Shown here in pieces: positions 1-10,223 of a stretch of 64,000 bases of DNA. The translations under genes were made by a program, and so were the position numbers. Within the stretch, counting starts at the first letter, position 1. Every line of letters begins with the position of its first letter. This DNA comes from Promethearchaeota archaeon (GTDB lineage: Archaea; Asgardarchaeota; Lokiarchaeia; Sigyniarchaeales; SOKP01): positions 160,001 through 224,000 of the forward strand of contig JAHPZJ010000030.1 of NCBI GenBank assembly GCA_019058245.1. The letters are read 5' to 3'. The notes under the pieces were generated by a model. That model was not told the origin of the DNA, did not search any database, and was given only the letters and a program-made list of their open reading frames with translations.

Positions 1-125
1 ATAAATTTATTTATTTTAGTATATAATTTTCAGAGATAATGTAATTCATAAATCGCTTGCTCCTTTTTGAATTATTGAACAGAGATTTTTTGATTATAAA
101 ATAAAAGGAATAATTATAAGAAAAA

Positions 126-962
126 CTAACTCCGGATGAAATCTAGAATTTTTGAAGCTACAAACTCAGGAGCATCATGAGTAATCCAATGAGTAGATTT
201 TTCATGTTTTTCTATTCGCAAATCCTTGACATAATCAGATAATCCTTCCAATAATTGTGGTCTTAGCGCTAGATCCTTCATACCCCAGAGAACTAAGGTT
301 GGAACTTCAATTATTCCAGTCCAATCACTATAATCATTTTTTGCTCTATAATAATTCACCCCTCCTAATATTGCCCCCGGTTGAGACCATGCTTCAATAT
401 ATTTCTTCTTATCTAATTCACTAAAATTATCATTGAAGACTACACTTTTCAATGCTTTATAGTTATTTTCTATTAAATACTTCTCACCATTTAGTTGTTG
501 AAATCTTAAAATATAAGAACTTGCTTTTTGTTGCTCTTTACTTGTTCTTAGAATTTGTGCGAATATTTTATTGTGTGGAGCATTTAATATAATTAATTTT
601 TCTAAAAGTTCTGGATATTTTTCAGCAAATAACCAAGATATTACTCCTCCCCAATCATGTCCTGCTAATGAAAATTTTCCTAATTTTAACTTTTCGCTTA
701 AACCTTTAATGTCCTCTAATATAATTTCTGTTTTATAATTTTCAGCACCCTCTGGTTTATCAGACAAATTATATCCTCTCATATCAGGGATTACTAATTT
801 AAAGTTGTCCTTAAGGAGAGGAATAATTCTTGACCAACAATACCAGAATTCTGGAAATCCATGTAATAAGATCAGCGGCTTTCTAGATCCAGCAATTATA
901 GTATGAAGTTTTATCCCATTAGTTTCAATATATTTCTCTTCTATTCCATTTAGGATTGTCAT
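126..962 (-). CDS. Alpha/beta-fold hydrolase, epoxide hydrolase-like
   Basis: HGFPE oxyanion motif, PDMRGY, GHDWGG nucleophile (Asp) motif, C-terminal His (THW). Confidence 0.92.
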   Translation of the reverse strand: MTILNGIEEKYIETNGIKLHTIIAGSRKPLILLHGFPEFWYCWSRIIPLLKDNFKLVIPDMRGYNLSDKPEGAENYKTEIILEDIKGLSEKLKLGKFSLAGHDWGGVISWLFAEKYPELLEKLIILNAPHNKIFAQILRTSKEQQKASSYILRFQQLNGEKYLIENNYKALKSVVFNDNFSELDKKKYIEAWSQPGAILGGVNYYRAKNDYSDWTGIIEVPTLVLWGMKDLALRPQLLEGLSDYVKDLRIEKHEKSTHWITHDAPEFVASKILDFIRS

Positions 963-1076
963 AGTTGTTAAAATGTAAACAATTATTAAATATTTAATGA
1001 AATAGGATTAAGTTAAGGATAAATAAATTGAAAATAAGAGAAGAGTTAGAAATTCTAATCAATAAATATATTGATT

Positions 1077-1292
1077 TTAGAATTCGAAATAATTCAAAAA
1101 TGATTCTTTAAAATCCTTTATATATGAATTGTCAATTTCACCGAATTTATAGTGTCCATGTGGTAATTTAACCTTTCCTGAAAGGTATTTTTTTAAGGCA
1201 AGTTCATAATCATTAATCGCTAAACTATTTTGTTCAGCGAACTTGATTTCACCAAAATATTTTATTAAGAAATCTGGTTCAAATATAATCAC
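1077..1292 (-). CDS. Small hypothetical protein, possibly a truncated gene remnant
   Basis: 71-aa ORF with GTG start; TTTATATA-like box on the minus strand near 1375-1382; no recognisable motif. Confidence 0.35.
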   Translation of the reverse strand: MIIFEPDFLIKYFGEIKFAEQNSLAINDYELALKKYLSGKVKLPHGHYKFGEIDNSYIKDFKESFLNYFEF

Positions 1293-1420
1293 TTTAGCAA
1301 GTTCACCATTATTAAGTATTATTCAAATGTTTTTTTAATTAAATAGTTATTTCGATTATTAAAGATAGGTAAGTATATAAATCTTTTCCTACACTTACAA
1401 TGGATAAAGTTACTTAGTTT

Positions 1421-1457
1421 TCACCGAATCCTCATTCACTGAATGAACGTTCATTTA
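1421..1457. promoter_or_regulatory. Putative TetR/FadR-type operator (palindrome TGAATGAACGTTCATTTA plus an adjacent TCATTCA half-site)
   Basis: Perfect 14-bp palindrome AATGAACGTTCATT at 1442-1455 and overlapping TCATTCA-C-TGAATGA at 1432-1446, in the divergent region upstream of a TetR gene. Confidence 0.6.
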
Positions 1458-1780
1458 TTAAGTTCTTATCTTTATTATACAAGAAAATAATAGAAAAAGA
1501 TAAGATTTTAATACTATTTTAATAATTTGATACATTGAATAAATTTCTAAAATAGTTTCTTTTTATTAATTCCTTATTTTATTTTTATGATTTTACGTCT
1601 TAGGGGTAATATTCAATAAATAAAGAAAAAAAAACTCCAGAACTCTAAGATGCGTGATAGAACAATTTAAATTGAAAATTAAAAAGTAATAAATTATAAC
1701 ATAATTTCTTAAAATGTAATAATAATTTTAATGAATTTTGATATAATATAAACTATTTATTATTTTTGAGTTGACTAGAA

Positions 1781-2395
1781 TTGTCGGTGAGGGCTAGAAA
1801 ATCTGAAATTATTAAAAAAGAAAAACGCAATTTGTTTATTATATCTTCTCTCTCAGTTTTTGAAGAGAAAGGATTTAATAACGCTCGTATAAAAGATATC
1901 ACAAAAAAGGCAGGAACGTCTGTAGGGAACTTCTATAATTATTTTAAAAGTAAAGAGGATGTTATCGAAGTTATAATTAGTGGACTAACTGAGCTTATGG
2001 TTAATAAATTTAAAAGATTATTTATTTATTTTCAGGAAAATAGATTTCCCCCTATTTCTGCGGTCAAGAATCTTTTTCGAGGATATGCTAAAATGTTTAA
2101 AGAAAAAAAAGAAAGTTTTTTAATTTTCTTTGAGCAGATGGGAGGAATGGATCAGAAATATCGAGACAAAAGAAATGAGATTCTTGACAATTTTACAAAT
2201 GAAGTAGAAAAACTTATCTTGAGACTTATAGAATTTGGAGCTCGTAATCAAAATCCTAAAATAACGGCAAGAATCTGGACCTCTACGGTACTTGGAGTTT
2301 TTATTTGGTGGATTCGGAGTGATTTTGAAATTGAAGAAGAAGAACTTATAGAAAATTTAACAGAAGTACTTGTTAAAGGGACTATGTCAAATTAA
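1781..2395 (+). CDS. TetR/AcrR family transcriptional regulator
   Basis: N-terminal HTH: F..KGF...I.DI...AG.S.GNFYNYFKSKE. Confidence 0.92.
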   Translation: MSVRARKSEIIKKEKRNLFIISSLSVFEEKGFNNARIKDITKKAGTSVGNFYNYFKSKEDVIEVIISGLTELMVNKFKRLFIYFQENRFPPISAVKNLFRGYAKMFKEKKESFLIFFEQMGGMDQKYRDKRNEILDNFTNEVEKLILRLIEFGARNQNPKITARIWTSTVLGVFIWWIRSDFEIEEEELIENLTEVLVKGTMSN

Positions 2396-2569
2396 TTATT
2401 TTCAAGATATTCTTTTTTTTGATTTAAAATATTTATTTTGGATATTTTTATATTTTTAGTAGGAGTCTTAATATTCTAAAAATAGTCTTACAATAGTTAT
2501 AATTATAAACAATAAATTTAATTAATACTTGGAGAATTCACATTTTAAAATTATAGGGCTTAAAATTAA

Positions 2570-3517
2570 ATGAATAGAGAAATTGATGATAGAACTTACT
2601 TGAATTTTCTTTTACAATCTTTAAATGTTGATGATTTGAAACAAATTTGCCGAGATTTTGAGATAAAAGGATTTTCAAAATTCAAGAAATCTGAGTTAAT
2701 TGATTATATACTTGATTCATTAGCAGAAGAAGAGTTTAAAGATCTTATACAAAAAAAAGAACTTGAAATTGTAACTGAAGGAATCAATTTAGCTTTTAAA
2801 AAGATTAATGGGGAAGATAGAGAAAGTATTTTAGAAATTAAAATTGTAAATCCTGATAAACATGAAATAGAATTGTTGTTTAAAGGTTTTAGTTGGGAAG
2901 TTCAATCATACTTATCTATTACTCCAAAAAATATTCAAAATCCTGAACGTGATTGTGATTGTCGAATAGGGGCAAATATGGGATTCTGCAGTCATTTTTG
3001 GATAGGTTTTATCTATTCATTAAAACAGAAATGGTTTAGACTAAAAGATTGGTCTCTAACAGCTCTACCTAATGATTTTGAAGAAAAAATTACGTCAATT
3101 AAATTAGCTGAAAGTCATATAGGCGAAAAAGGAGATAAAATAAAGGAATCAGTAATATTAATCGATGAATCCTCATCAAGAGTGGAACTCATGAGTTATT
3201 TAAACACATCAATAACTGTATATGAATGCGAAATAACAGATATTCTTGAAAGAGAATCTGACTTTCAGGGGAATATCACGAAGTTTTTTATAGTTTCGCT
3301 TAAAGATTTGAATATTGGTCCAAAATTGAAAAAAAAAAGCGATTTCACTGAAAAAGATATTAAGAATGTTGAAAATTTGAAAGTGAGAATATCTGAAAAA
3401 ATTCAATATGAAAATAATTTAATAAACGGAGATAAGATTAATTTCAGTGGAAAGTTAGTAAAAGATAATTATTTAGGGTTTATAATCAAGAATGTTCGAA
3501 AGGTTTCGAGGATATAA
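2570..3517 (+). CDS. Putative nucleic-acid-binding protein: Rho-N/SAP-like helical N-terminus, SWIM-type Zn finger, possible C-terminal OB fold
   Basis: LNVDDLKQICRDFEIKGFSKFKKSELID; CDC-x9-CSH; beta-rich C-terminus. Confidence 0.6.
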   Translation: MNREIDDRTYLNFLLQSLNVDDLKQICRDFEIKGFSKFKKSELIDYILDSLAEEEFKDLIQKKELEIVTEGINLAFKKINGEDRESILEIKIVNPDKHEIELLFKGFSWEVQSYLSITPKNIQNPERDCDCRIGANMGFCSHFWIGFIYSLKQKWFRLKDWSLTALPNDFEEKITSIKLAESHIGEKGDKIKESVILIDESSSRVELMSYLNTSITVYECEITDILERESDFQGNITKFFIVSLKDLNIGPKLKKKSDFTEKDIKNVENLKVRISEKIQYENNLINGDKINFSGKLVKDNYLGFIIKNVRKVSRI

Positions 3518-3675
3518 TTTATTATTAAATATTTTTTTAATATATTTAGCTATAAAATTGCCCTCCTTAGGAGATTATTAATATAGGAAGTAGATTTTAT
3601 TAATACTAATTTATTCTCTTATATAAACTCCTTCTATGAAATAAGAGTTTAATATTTAGCTGTGGGATATCAATA

Positions 3676-4557
3676 ATGACTAAAACTATGAAATATAAAC
3701 CTAAAATCATGAAAGAAAAGATCTGTATGATTACAGGAGCTAATTCGGGCATTGGTAAAGCAACTGCTATTGAATTAGCACATCTAGGAGCTACATTAAT
3801 TTTAGTATGTCGTAGTCAAATCCGCGCAGAAAAATCTATAAATGAAATAAAAAAGAAAACTGGGAATGAATCAATTGATTTAATATTAGCTGACTTATCT
3901 TCTCAGAGAGAGATACATAATCTTGTATCAGAATTTAAAAGTAGATATAATAAATTACATGTGCTAATTAATAATGCTGGAGTAAATCTAAGCAAACGGA
4001 TAATGACTATAGATGGGATTGAAGCCACCTTTGCTGTAAACTATTTATCTCAATATATTTTATGTAATTTATTGTTTAATACTTTAAAAAATAGTGCTCC
4101 AGCTAGAATAATAAATGTAGCGTCAAGTTATCAAGCTAAAGCTATTAATTTTGAAGATTTAAATGGAGAAAAACATTATAAACAAATGAAAGCATATATG
4201 CAATCCAAATTGGCAGTTGTTCTTTTTACTTATGAATTTGCTAGAAGAATTAGGGAAAGTGGAGTTTCAGTGAATTGCTTACATCCTGGAATTATAAAAA
4301 CAAATATAGTACGTAATTTTCGACCTTTCGTTAAATATTTTTACCCTTTGATTGGTTTATTTATGAAAAGTCCTAAGCGTGGAGCTAAAACTTCGGTTTA
4401 TTTAGCATCTAATCCTGAAGTTGATGGAATAACTGGACAATACTTTAAAAGAAGAAAAAAAGCAAAATCTGTTAAAATTTCATATGATGTAGCGTTAGCA
4501 GAACAGTTATGGGATGTTAGCGTTCAATTAACTAATGTGGATCTCAAAAATAACTAA
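3676..4557 (+). CDS. Short-chain dehydrogenase/reductase (retinol dehydrogenase-like)
   Basis: TGANSGIG, NNAG, YxxSK (YMQSK), LHPG. Confidence 0.93.
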   Translation: MTKTMKYKPKIMKEKICMITGANSGIGKATAIELAHLGATLILVCRSQIRAEKSINEIKKKTGNESIDLILADLSSQREIHNLVSEFKSRYNKLHVLINNAGVNLSKRIMTIDGIEATFAVNYLSQYILCNLLFNTLKNSAPARIINVASSYQAKAINFEDLNGEKHYKQMKAYMQSKLAVVLFTYEFARRIRESGVSVNCLHPGIIKTNIVRNFRPFVKYFYPLIGLFMKSPKRGAKTSVYLASNPEVDGITGQYFKRRKKAKSVKISYDVALAEQLWDVSVQLTNVDLKNN

Positions 4558-4574
4558 TTTAAATAAAAAAGGGA

Positions 4575-5960
4575 TTATTTGTTAATATAATTCATTTTTA
4601 GTGTATCTGTAAGCTGTTGCAGTTTTTTTGAAACCTTTACATTAGGAACCACAATTTTTTCTAACTTTTTATAAAAATCAGGTAGTTTCTTAATATTATC
4701 TAAATAGAAGTTTTGGATTTCATTGATATTCGGTATTTTCGATAAAATTTTACCATTTTTCATAACTGGAATTAATAATGGTTCAGCATTAGGAGGAATA
4801 AGTTCATTTTCAAGTGATAGTAAATCCTCTTTGAACATTCCATTTTTATCATAAATTCTATATACTTGTTTTTTCCCAGGATAGGTAATTTTTTCTTCAC
4901 TAAACTTTATTTTAGGGATATTATTATATTCTATTATTTTATATACACCAGAGATAGTTGGATCATCTCTAGAGGTAGCTAATTCCGTTCCTACACCAAA
5001 AGCATCGATAGGGGTGTTTTTATCAATCATTTCTTTAATCTTATATTCATTTAAATCTGAACTTGCTACAATTATTACTTTATCACATCCATTTTTATCC
5101 AAAATCTCTCGAACCCTCTTAGCATGTTCAATGAGATCTCCTGAATCAATTCTAACTCCTTTAATATTATTTCCAAATTTGCACGATTTTTTCGCTCCAA
5201 TTTCAGTATCATATGTATCTATGAGAAGTATTGAATCCTTATCATATATTTTATAATATGAATTAAAACTCTCTAACTCATCATCGAATTTTTGTACAAA
5301 GCTATGAGCCATAGTACCTGTAGAATTAATTGCTAATTCTAGATCTGCAATAACATTGCTAGTTCCATTAAATCCAGCAATATAGCTTGCTCTTGCGGCA
5401 TAGACTCCCGCAAGAGGGCTGTGAGACCGTCTCGTACCAAATTCAAGAAGAACTTTATTAAGAGCAACATTTTTAATTCGTGACGCTTTGGATGCAACAA
5501 GAGTTTGAAAATTAATTACATTAAGTAAATATGTTTCTGCAATCTGAGCATGGAAAATAGGACCTTGTATTCTCACTATTGGTTCATTTGGGAAGAAAAA
5601 GTTTCCTTCTTTCATCGCCCATACATCCACATCAAATTTAAATTTTGGTAGGTACTCATCAAAAAAACTCGAATCAATATTTTTAAATACTGGTTTTTTT
5701 CTCAAAAACTCGATCGTTCGTTCTGAAAATTTAGCATTCTGTAAAAAATGTAGAACCTGTTCTAATCCCGCAAATATTAAATAATTACGATTTCTTGGAA
5801 ATTTTCTGATAAATAGTTCAAAAGTAGCTATATCATTCTCATTTTCTGTCTTATTATCAAGATAATACTGATAGTATGCCGCACCCATTGTTAATTGATA
5901 GAAATCTGTGGCTAAAATCATATTACTATCATTAACAAACCCTGAGTTAAAATCATTCAT
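4575..5960 (-). CDS. pncB: Nicotinate phosphoribosyltransferase
   Basis: TDFYQLTM, EFGTRR, GTMAHS, LIDTYD, RIDSGD, FGVGT, K.T.PGKK motifs. Confidence 0.95.
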   Translation of the reverse strand: MNDFNSGFVNDSNMILATDFYQLTMGAAYYQYYLDNKTENENDIATFELFIRKFPRNRNYLIFAGLEQVLHFLQNAKFSERTIEFLRKKPVFKNIDSSFFDEYLPKFKFDVDVWAMKEGNFFFPNEPIVRIQGPIFHAQIAETYLLNVINFQTLVASKASRIKNVALNKVLLEFGTRRSHSPLAGVYAARASYIAGFNGTSNVIADLELAINSTGTMAHSFVQKFDDELESFNSYYKIYDKDSILLIDTYDTEIGAKKSCKFGNNIKGVRIDSGDLIEHAKRVREILDKNGCDKVIIVASSDLNEYKIKEMIDKNTPIDAFGVGTELATSRDDPTISGVYKIIEYNNIPKIKFSEEKITYPGKKQVYRIYDKNGMFKEDLLSLENELIPPNAEPLLIPVMKNGKILSKIPNINEIQNFYLDNIKKLPDFYKKLEKIVVPNVKVSKKLQQLTDTLKMNYINK

Positions 5961-7741
5961 TATTTAAAACCATAAACTTTACCTATATGTACTATCCATT
6001 CTTTCGCCATCTTTTCTTTATTCAAATTTGGTAAATTAAACCAATCTAAACTTTTTATCCCCCAAAGATTCTGAAAGTTCCAATCCTTTCTAATTTCTTT
6101 TCCAACCACGGACTTTGAAAGATCTCTTCTGAATTCATAGATTTTTGGTACTTTATAAGTTGCCAAATTTTTGCTACAAAAGTTTTTTATTTTGGTTTTT
6201 ATTTCTTCTGTTACTTTAAAACCATATTTTAATAGAATAAAAGCTTTAACTTCCTCACTTCCGAGTTCTTCAGGATCAGGATTACCAATAACAGCTGCTT
6301 TTTCAATAATTTCATTTTTTAATAATAAATCTTCAACTTCTCGTGGAAATACTTTATATCCATTCATATTAATTATATAATTCTTCCTCTCTATGATGTG
6401 AAAATATCCTTCCTCATCCATTGTTGCGATATCACCAGTAAGAAGCCATCCATCTTTCAATTGATTAGCGTTAGCCTCAAGATTATTCCAGTACCCTTTA
6501 AAAACCTGAGGACCTTTAATCATTATTTCACCATATTCACCTTGAGGTACAATTTTTGTATGATCATCAACATCAACTAATTTTACTTCAGTATTGGGAT
6601 ATGGCAGTCCTACAGATCCAATCTTTCTTTTTCCCGCAATAGGATTACTCATTACTAATGCTGAGGTTTCTGTCATTCCATATCCCTCTAATAATATAGA
6701 TCCTGTCCTTTTCTCAAATTCTTTAAAAACCTCTAAAGGTATTGCAGCTGCTCCTGTATTGCAAACCTTTAAAGATTTAAGATCATTTAAAAAACCTTCA
6801 AGGTTCTCTCGATCTATTAAACGCATAAACATTGAAGGTACACCAGGGAAAAACGTAGGATGAGTTTCTTTAAATGTTGCAAATAATATTCTTTCATTCC
6901 CAGGTTCGAGGAGCATAGCTATTGTTGAACCATTATATATATGTAGATTCATACAAACTATTTGGGCATATATGTGATCTAAAGGTAAACAAGTGAGAAT
7001 AGTTTCTTTACCTTTTCTCATTCCTGAACCTAACCACTTTTTAATTGCTATAACATTTGATGCAATATTGTAATGAGTAAGCATTGCACCTTTAGGTTTT
7101 CCAGTAGTACCTGGTGTGTATTGAAGGCAAACTAAATCTTCCTTTGCTTTTGTTTCAAATTTAGGAGGATTTGGTTTAGTGTTATTAATCAAATTAAGAA
7201 ATTGAAAACTTTTTGCAATTTTAGGAGGATCACTATTCCCCAATGGATTAGCTTTAGAAGCAAAATCAAATAGATTTGTAAAAATTATTTGATTAAGACA
7301 TGTTCTTTCTACTATGTTATCTATTCTATTTATGTATTTATCCCAAGCAATTAATATTTTGGCTCCAGCATCATTTAATTGATAAGTTAATTCACGTTCA
7401 GTGGAAAGAATACTAAGTGATGTAACAATACCTCCAGCTTTCAAGATACCAAAATAACTGATTATATATTGCGGAAAATTTGGTATCATAATGGCAATAA
7501 CATCTCCTTTTTTAACCCCTATATTTACTAGGGCTGTAGCAAGCCTATCAGTAAAATTTTTTAATTTTTCATAGGAAATTTTCTCTGTTATAAACCAAAT
7601 AGCTGTTCTGTCTCCAAATTCTTTTGCTGAATTATCCAGAAACTCATAAATATTCATTTCGGGATAATTAATAGTAGCAGGAAGGCCCTCATCATAATAA
7701 CTTAACCAAGGCTTTAGCGTGTATGGATCCTTTTCGCTCAT
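5960..7741 (-). CDS. Long-chain-fatty-acid--CoA ligase (AMP-binding family), divergent paralog with C-terminal extension
   Basis: YTPGTTGKPKG, EGYGMTET, TGD, GKEIRK; stop overlaps the pncB start codon. Confidence 0.9.
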   Translation of the reverse strand: MSEKDPYTLKPWLSYYDEGLPATINYPEMNIYEFLDNSAKEFGDRTAIWFITEKISYEKLKNFTDRLATALVNIGVKKGDVIAIMIPNFPQYIISYFGILKAGGIVTSLSILSTERELTYQLNDAGAKILIAWDKYINRIDNIVERTCLNQIIFTNLFDFASKANPLGNSDPPKIAKSFQFLNLINNTKPNPPKFETKAKEDLVCLQYTPGTTGKPKGAMLTHYNIASNVIAIKKWLGSGMRKGKETILTCLPLDHIYAQIVCMNLHIYNGSTIAMLLEPGNERILFATFKETHPTFFPGVPSMFMRLIDRENLEGFLNDLKSLKVCNTGAAAIPLEVFKEFEKRTGSILLEGYGMTETSALVMSNPIAGKRKIGSVGLPYPNTEVKLVDVDDHTKIVPQGEYGEIMIKGPQVFKGYWNNLEANANQLKDGWLLTGDIATMDEEGYFHIIERKNYIINMNGYKVFPREVEDLLLKNEIIEKAAVIGNPDPEELGSEEVKAFILLKYGFKVTEEIKTKIKNFCSKNLATYKVPKIYEFRRDLSKSVVGKEIRKDWNFQNLWGIKSLDWFNLPNLNKEKMAKEWIVHIGKVYGFK

Positions 7742-8111
7742 TTTTTAATATAATCCTAATTGTTTTGTACTGATGTTAAATTTAAAAGTTTTAATATTTA
7801 ATATATTGGGTAATTTATATAATAACTTAAACTACTAGGAATTCGAGATTAACTTGAATCCAATTAGAAAGAATACTTCTCTCCGCATTAATCGTCCTAA
7901 TTATGAAAAGAAACTTTCTTTCTACGTTATTATCTAATTCAAGTAATAATTCTATAATATATAGAGCTTTTAGTAGCATTAAATATCTACTTTTGATTTT
8001 ATTAACAAATAATATTATCAAAAGTAGGAAAAGTAGAATAATGTTTAAAAATCATTAAAGTAATTTTTGTATAAATGATCTTTTAACTAAATTTTATAAA
8101 AAAGTGATAAT

Positions 8112-9851
8112 ATGTACCATTTAGATGATGATGAATATTTAAACGTTCCATACTATAGAAAGACTCGGAGTATTTGCCCAGAATGTTTAGAACCAATTGG
8201 TGCTGAAGTCTATGAGGAAAATGATGAGATTTGGATGAGAAAAACATGCGAAGAACATGGTGATTTCAAAGATAAAATTAGTAGTTCTGCTAAGTATTAT
8301 AAATGGACCCATTGGGCAATAAAAGATAAAGATGGGAAGGTTGTATGGCAATTTGAAAAAAATGGAGAAGCTAATCCTCCAGATTGCGCAATTGAAGACC
8401 CGAGAGGGTGTCCCTATAACTGTGGTTTATGTCCAGAACATTTGTCAACTTGCTCACTGGCTCTAATAGATCTAACAAACCGCTGCAATTTTAATTGTAA
8501 CTTCTGTTATGCGAATGTACAAAAATCTGGCTATTTAATTGAACCTTCTCTTGAAGAAATTGATCGAATTATGAAGCATTTCAGAAGTAAACCAATCCCT
8601 GCTATTGCAATCATGTTTACAGGTGGAGAACCAACAGTAAGAAAAGATTTTCCCGAAATTTGTAAAATGGCAAAAGATAATGGATTTAAAGAAGTCATAG
8701 TTGCAACAAATGGTTATGGATTCCAAAAGAAAACTGGAGGCCTTGAATGGACTAAAAAAGTAAAAGAAGCTGGCTTGGATACCTTATATTTCCAATTTGA
8801 TGGTATTAATAATACAACTTATGAGAAAACTCGGGGAATCAAAAATCTTATGTCATATAAACAAAGAGTAATAGAAAATTGTCGTAAAGCAAAACTTGAT
8901 TCAATTGTTTTAGTAGCAACGATTGCGAAGGGAGTTACTGATATTGAAGTTGGTAATATTATTCAATATGCTATTGATAATGTTGACGTGGTTCGGGGAA
9001 TTACTTTTCAACCAGTATCTCTATGTGGTCGAATAGCATTTGAAGAACGACAAGACTTAAGAATCACTAATGCAGATGTGCTCAAGATTATAGAAGAACA
9101 AACAAAAGGTAAAATTAGCATGGAAAATGCCTGGTATCCTTTGAGTACCATCGTAGAATTTGGCAGAGTTATTGCATATTTATCAGATGTTGAGCCTATA
9201 GAATTTACTTGCCATCCCGACTGTGGTTTTGCAAGTTATATGGTAATTGATCCTGATAGTGGTGAAATGATGCCCATTATGGACTATTTTGACCCTCTAA
9301 AAGTTATAGATTTTGCTAACCGCTTTTGGGAGAAAATCAAACATAAAGAAAAGAAACAACTTAGATTATTCGAAGATTTATTAGGAGATTTTGGTAAAAC
9401 ACTTGATAAAGGATTAAACTTTTTAGATAAAACACAATTACGTGCTAGGTTCCTATTGGGCGTATTGCAGTATATGAAAAAGCCAGGAAAGCTTATGGAG
9501 ATGTTTTCAAGACTTTTGATGCAAGGAGATTGGGAAAGTGTTAGTTCCTTTAGTTATGGGGCGCTTTTACTATCTAGTATGCATTTTCAAGATGCTTATA
9601 ACATGGATATTGAAAGAACAAAAAGATGTATTGTACACTTTGGTGTTGCAATGCCTGATGGTAGTGTAAAGGAATGCTCTTTTTGCACTATGAACACACT
9701 TCATAGACCTCATATTGAGAAGCAAGTCGCTAAAAAACTTACCGCTAAGGTAAAGAATGAATTTGACACAACCACTGGTCAACCTGCAGAACAAATTCAA
9801 CAAGTAGTAGCTCATAATGGGGGTATTAAAAAAGAGGAGGAAGAATCATAA
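8112..9851 (+). CDS. tes: Tetraether lipid synthase (GDGT-macrocyclic archaeol synthase, MJ0619-family radical SAM)
   Basis: N-terminal CPEC...KTCEEHG, CPYNCGLCPEH, CNFNCNFC, GGEPT, FQPVS..GR, CHPDCG, MHFQDAYN, RCIVH...FC. Confidence 0.88.
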   Translation: MYHLDDDEYLNVPYYRKTRSICPECLEPIGAEVYEENDEIWMRKTCEEHGDFKDKISSSAKYYKWTHWAIKDKDGKVVWQFEKNGEANPPDCAIEDPRGCPYNCGLCPEHLSTCSLALIDLTNRCNFNCNFCYANVQKSGYLIEPSLEEIDRIMKHFRSKPIPAIAIMFTGGEPTVRKDFPEICKMAKDNGFKEVIVATNGYGFQKKTGGLEWTKKVKEAGLDTLYFQFDGINNTTYEKTRGIKNLMSYKQRVIENCRKAKLDSIVLVATIAKGVTDIEVGNIIQYAIDNVDVVRGITFQPVSLCGRIAFEERQDLRITNADVLKIIEEQTKGKISMENAWYPLSTIVEFGRVIAYLSDVEPIEFTCHPDCGFASYMVIDPDSGEMMPIMDYFDPLKVIDFANRFWEKIKHKEKKQLRLFEDLLGDFGKTLDKGLNFLDKTQLRARFLLGVLQYMKKPGKLMEMFSRLLMQGDWESVSSFSYGALLLSSMHFQDAYNMDIERTKRCIVHFGVAMPDGSVKECSFCTMNTLHRPHIEKQVAKKLTAKVKNEFDTTTGQPAEQIQQVVAHNGGIKKEEEES

Positions 9852-10139
9852 ATGCCTGAAGAATACGTTGAAGATAAAGATGGAATGAAAATTCGTAAAC
9901 TGACAGAGCTAAAAACAGTTACAGATAAGGACTATGAAGACGCTATGCTTAGACGCGTAGAAGAATTCAAAACCACCAAAGGAAAAGATTCTCAATTTAA
10001 CGACGTTCTTCAAAATACGGTGTTTAAAGCACTAAGCTCTGCCTTAGATTTAAAAGTCCAGGTCGATAAAGCTCTAGGTAAAGATAATTTAAAAAAACTA
10101 CATAAAGCGATTGATGATATCCTTCTATTAGGATTATAA
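9852..10139 (+). CDS. Hypothetical protein directly abutting tes
   Basis: ATG immediately after the tes stop, GAGGAGG upstream, poly-T tract after the stop. Confidence 0.8.
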   Translation: MPEEYVEDKDGMKIRKLTELKTVTDKDYEDAMLRRVEEFKTTKGKDSQFNDVLQNTVFKALSSALDLKVQVDKALGKDNLKKLHKAIDDILLLGL

Positions 10140-10223
10140 TTATATTTTTCTTTTTAATTTTAGAATTTACTAAGTAATTTTACATAACTTATTTTTTAAT
10201 TCATTATTTAGTTTAGTTATACT

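Noticed and set aside
1077-1330. In-frame TGA upstream of the 71-aa ORF considered as a selenocysteine codon
   Set aside because: No redox motif context, no convincing upstream start and no SECIS-like element seen
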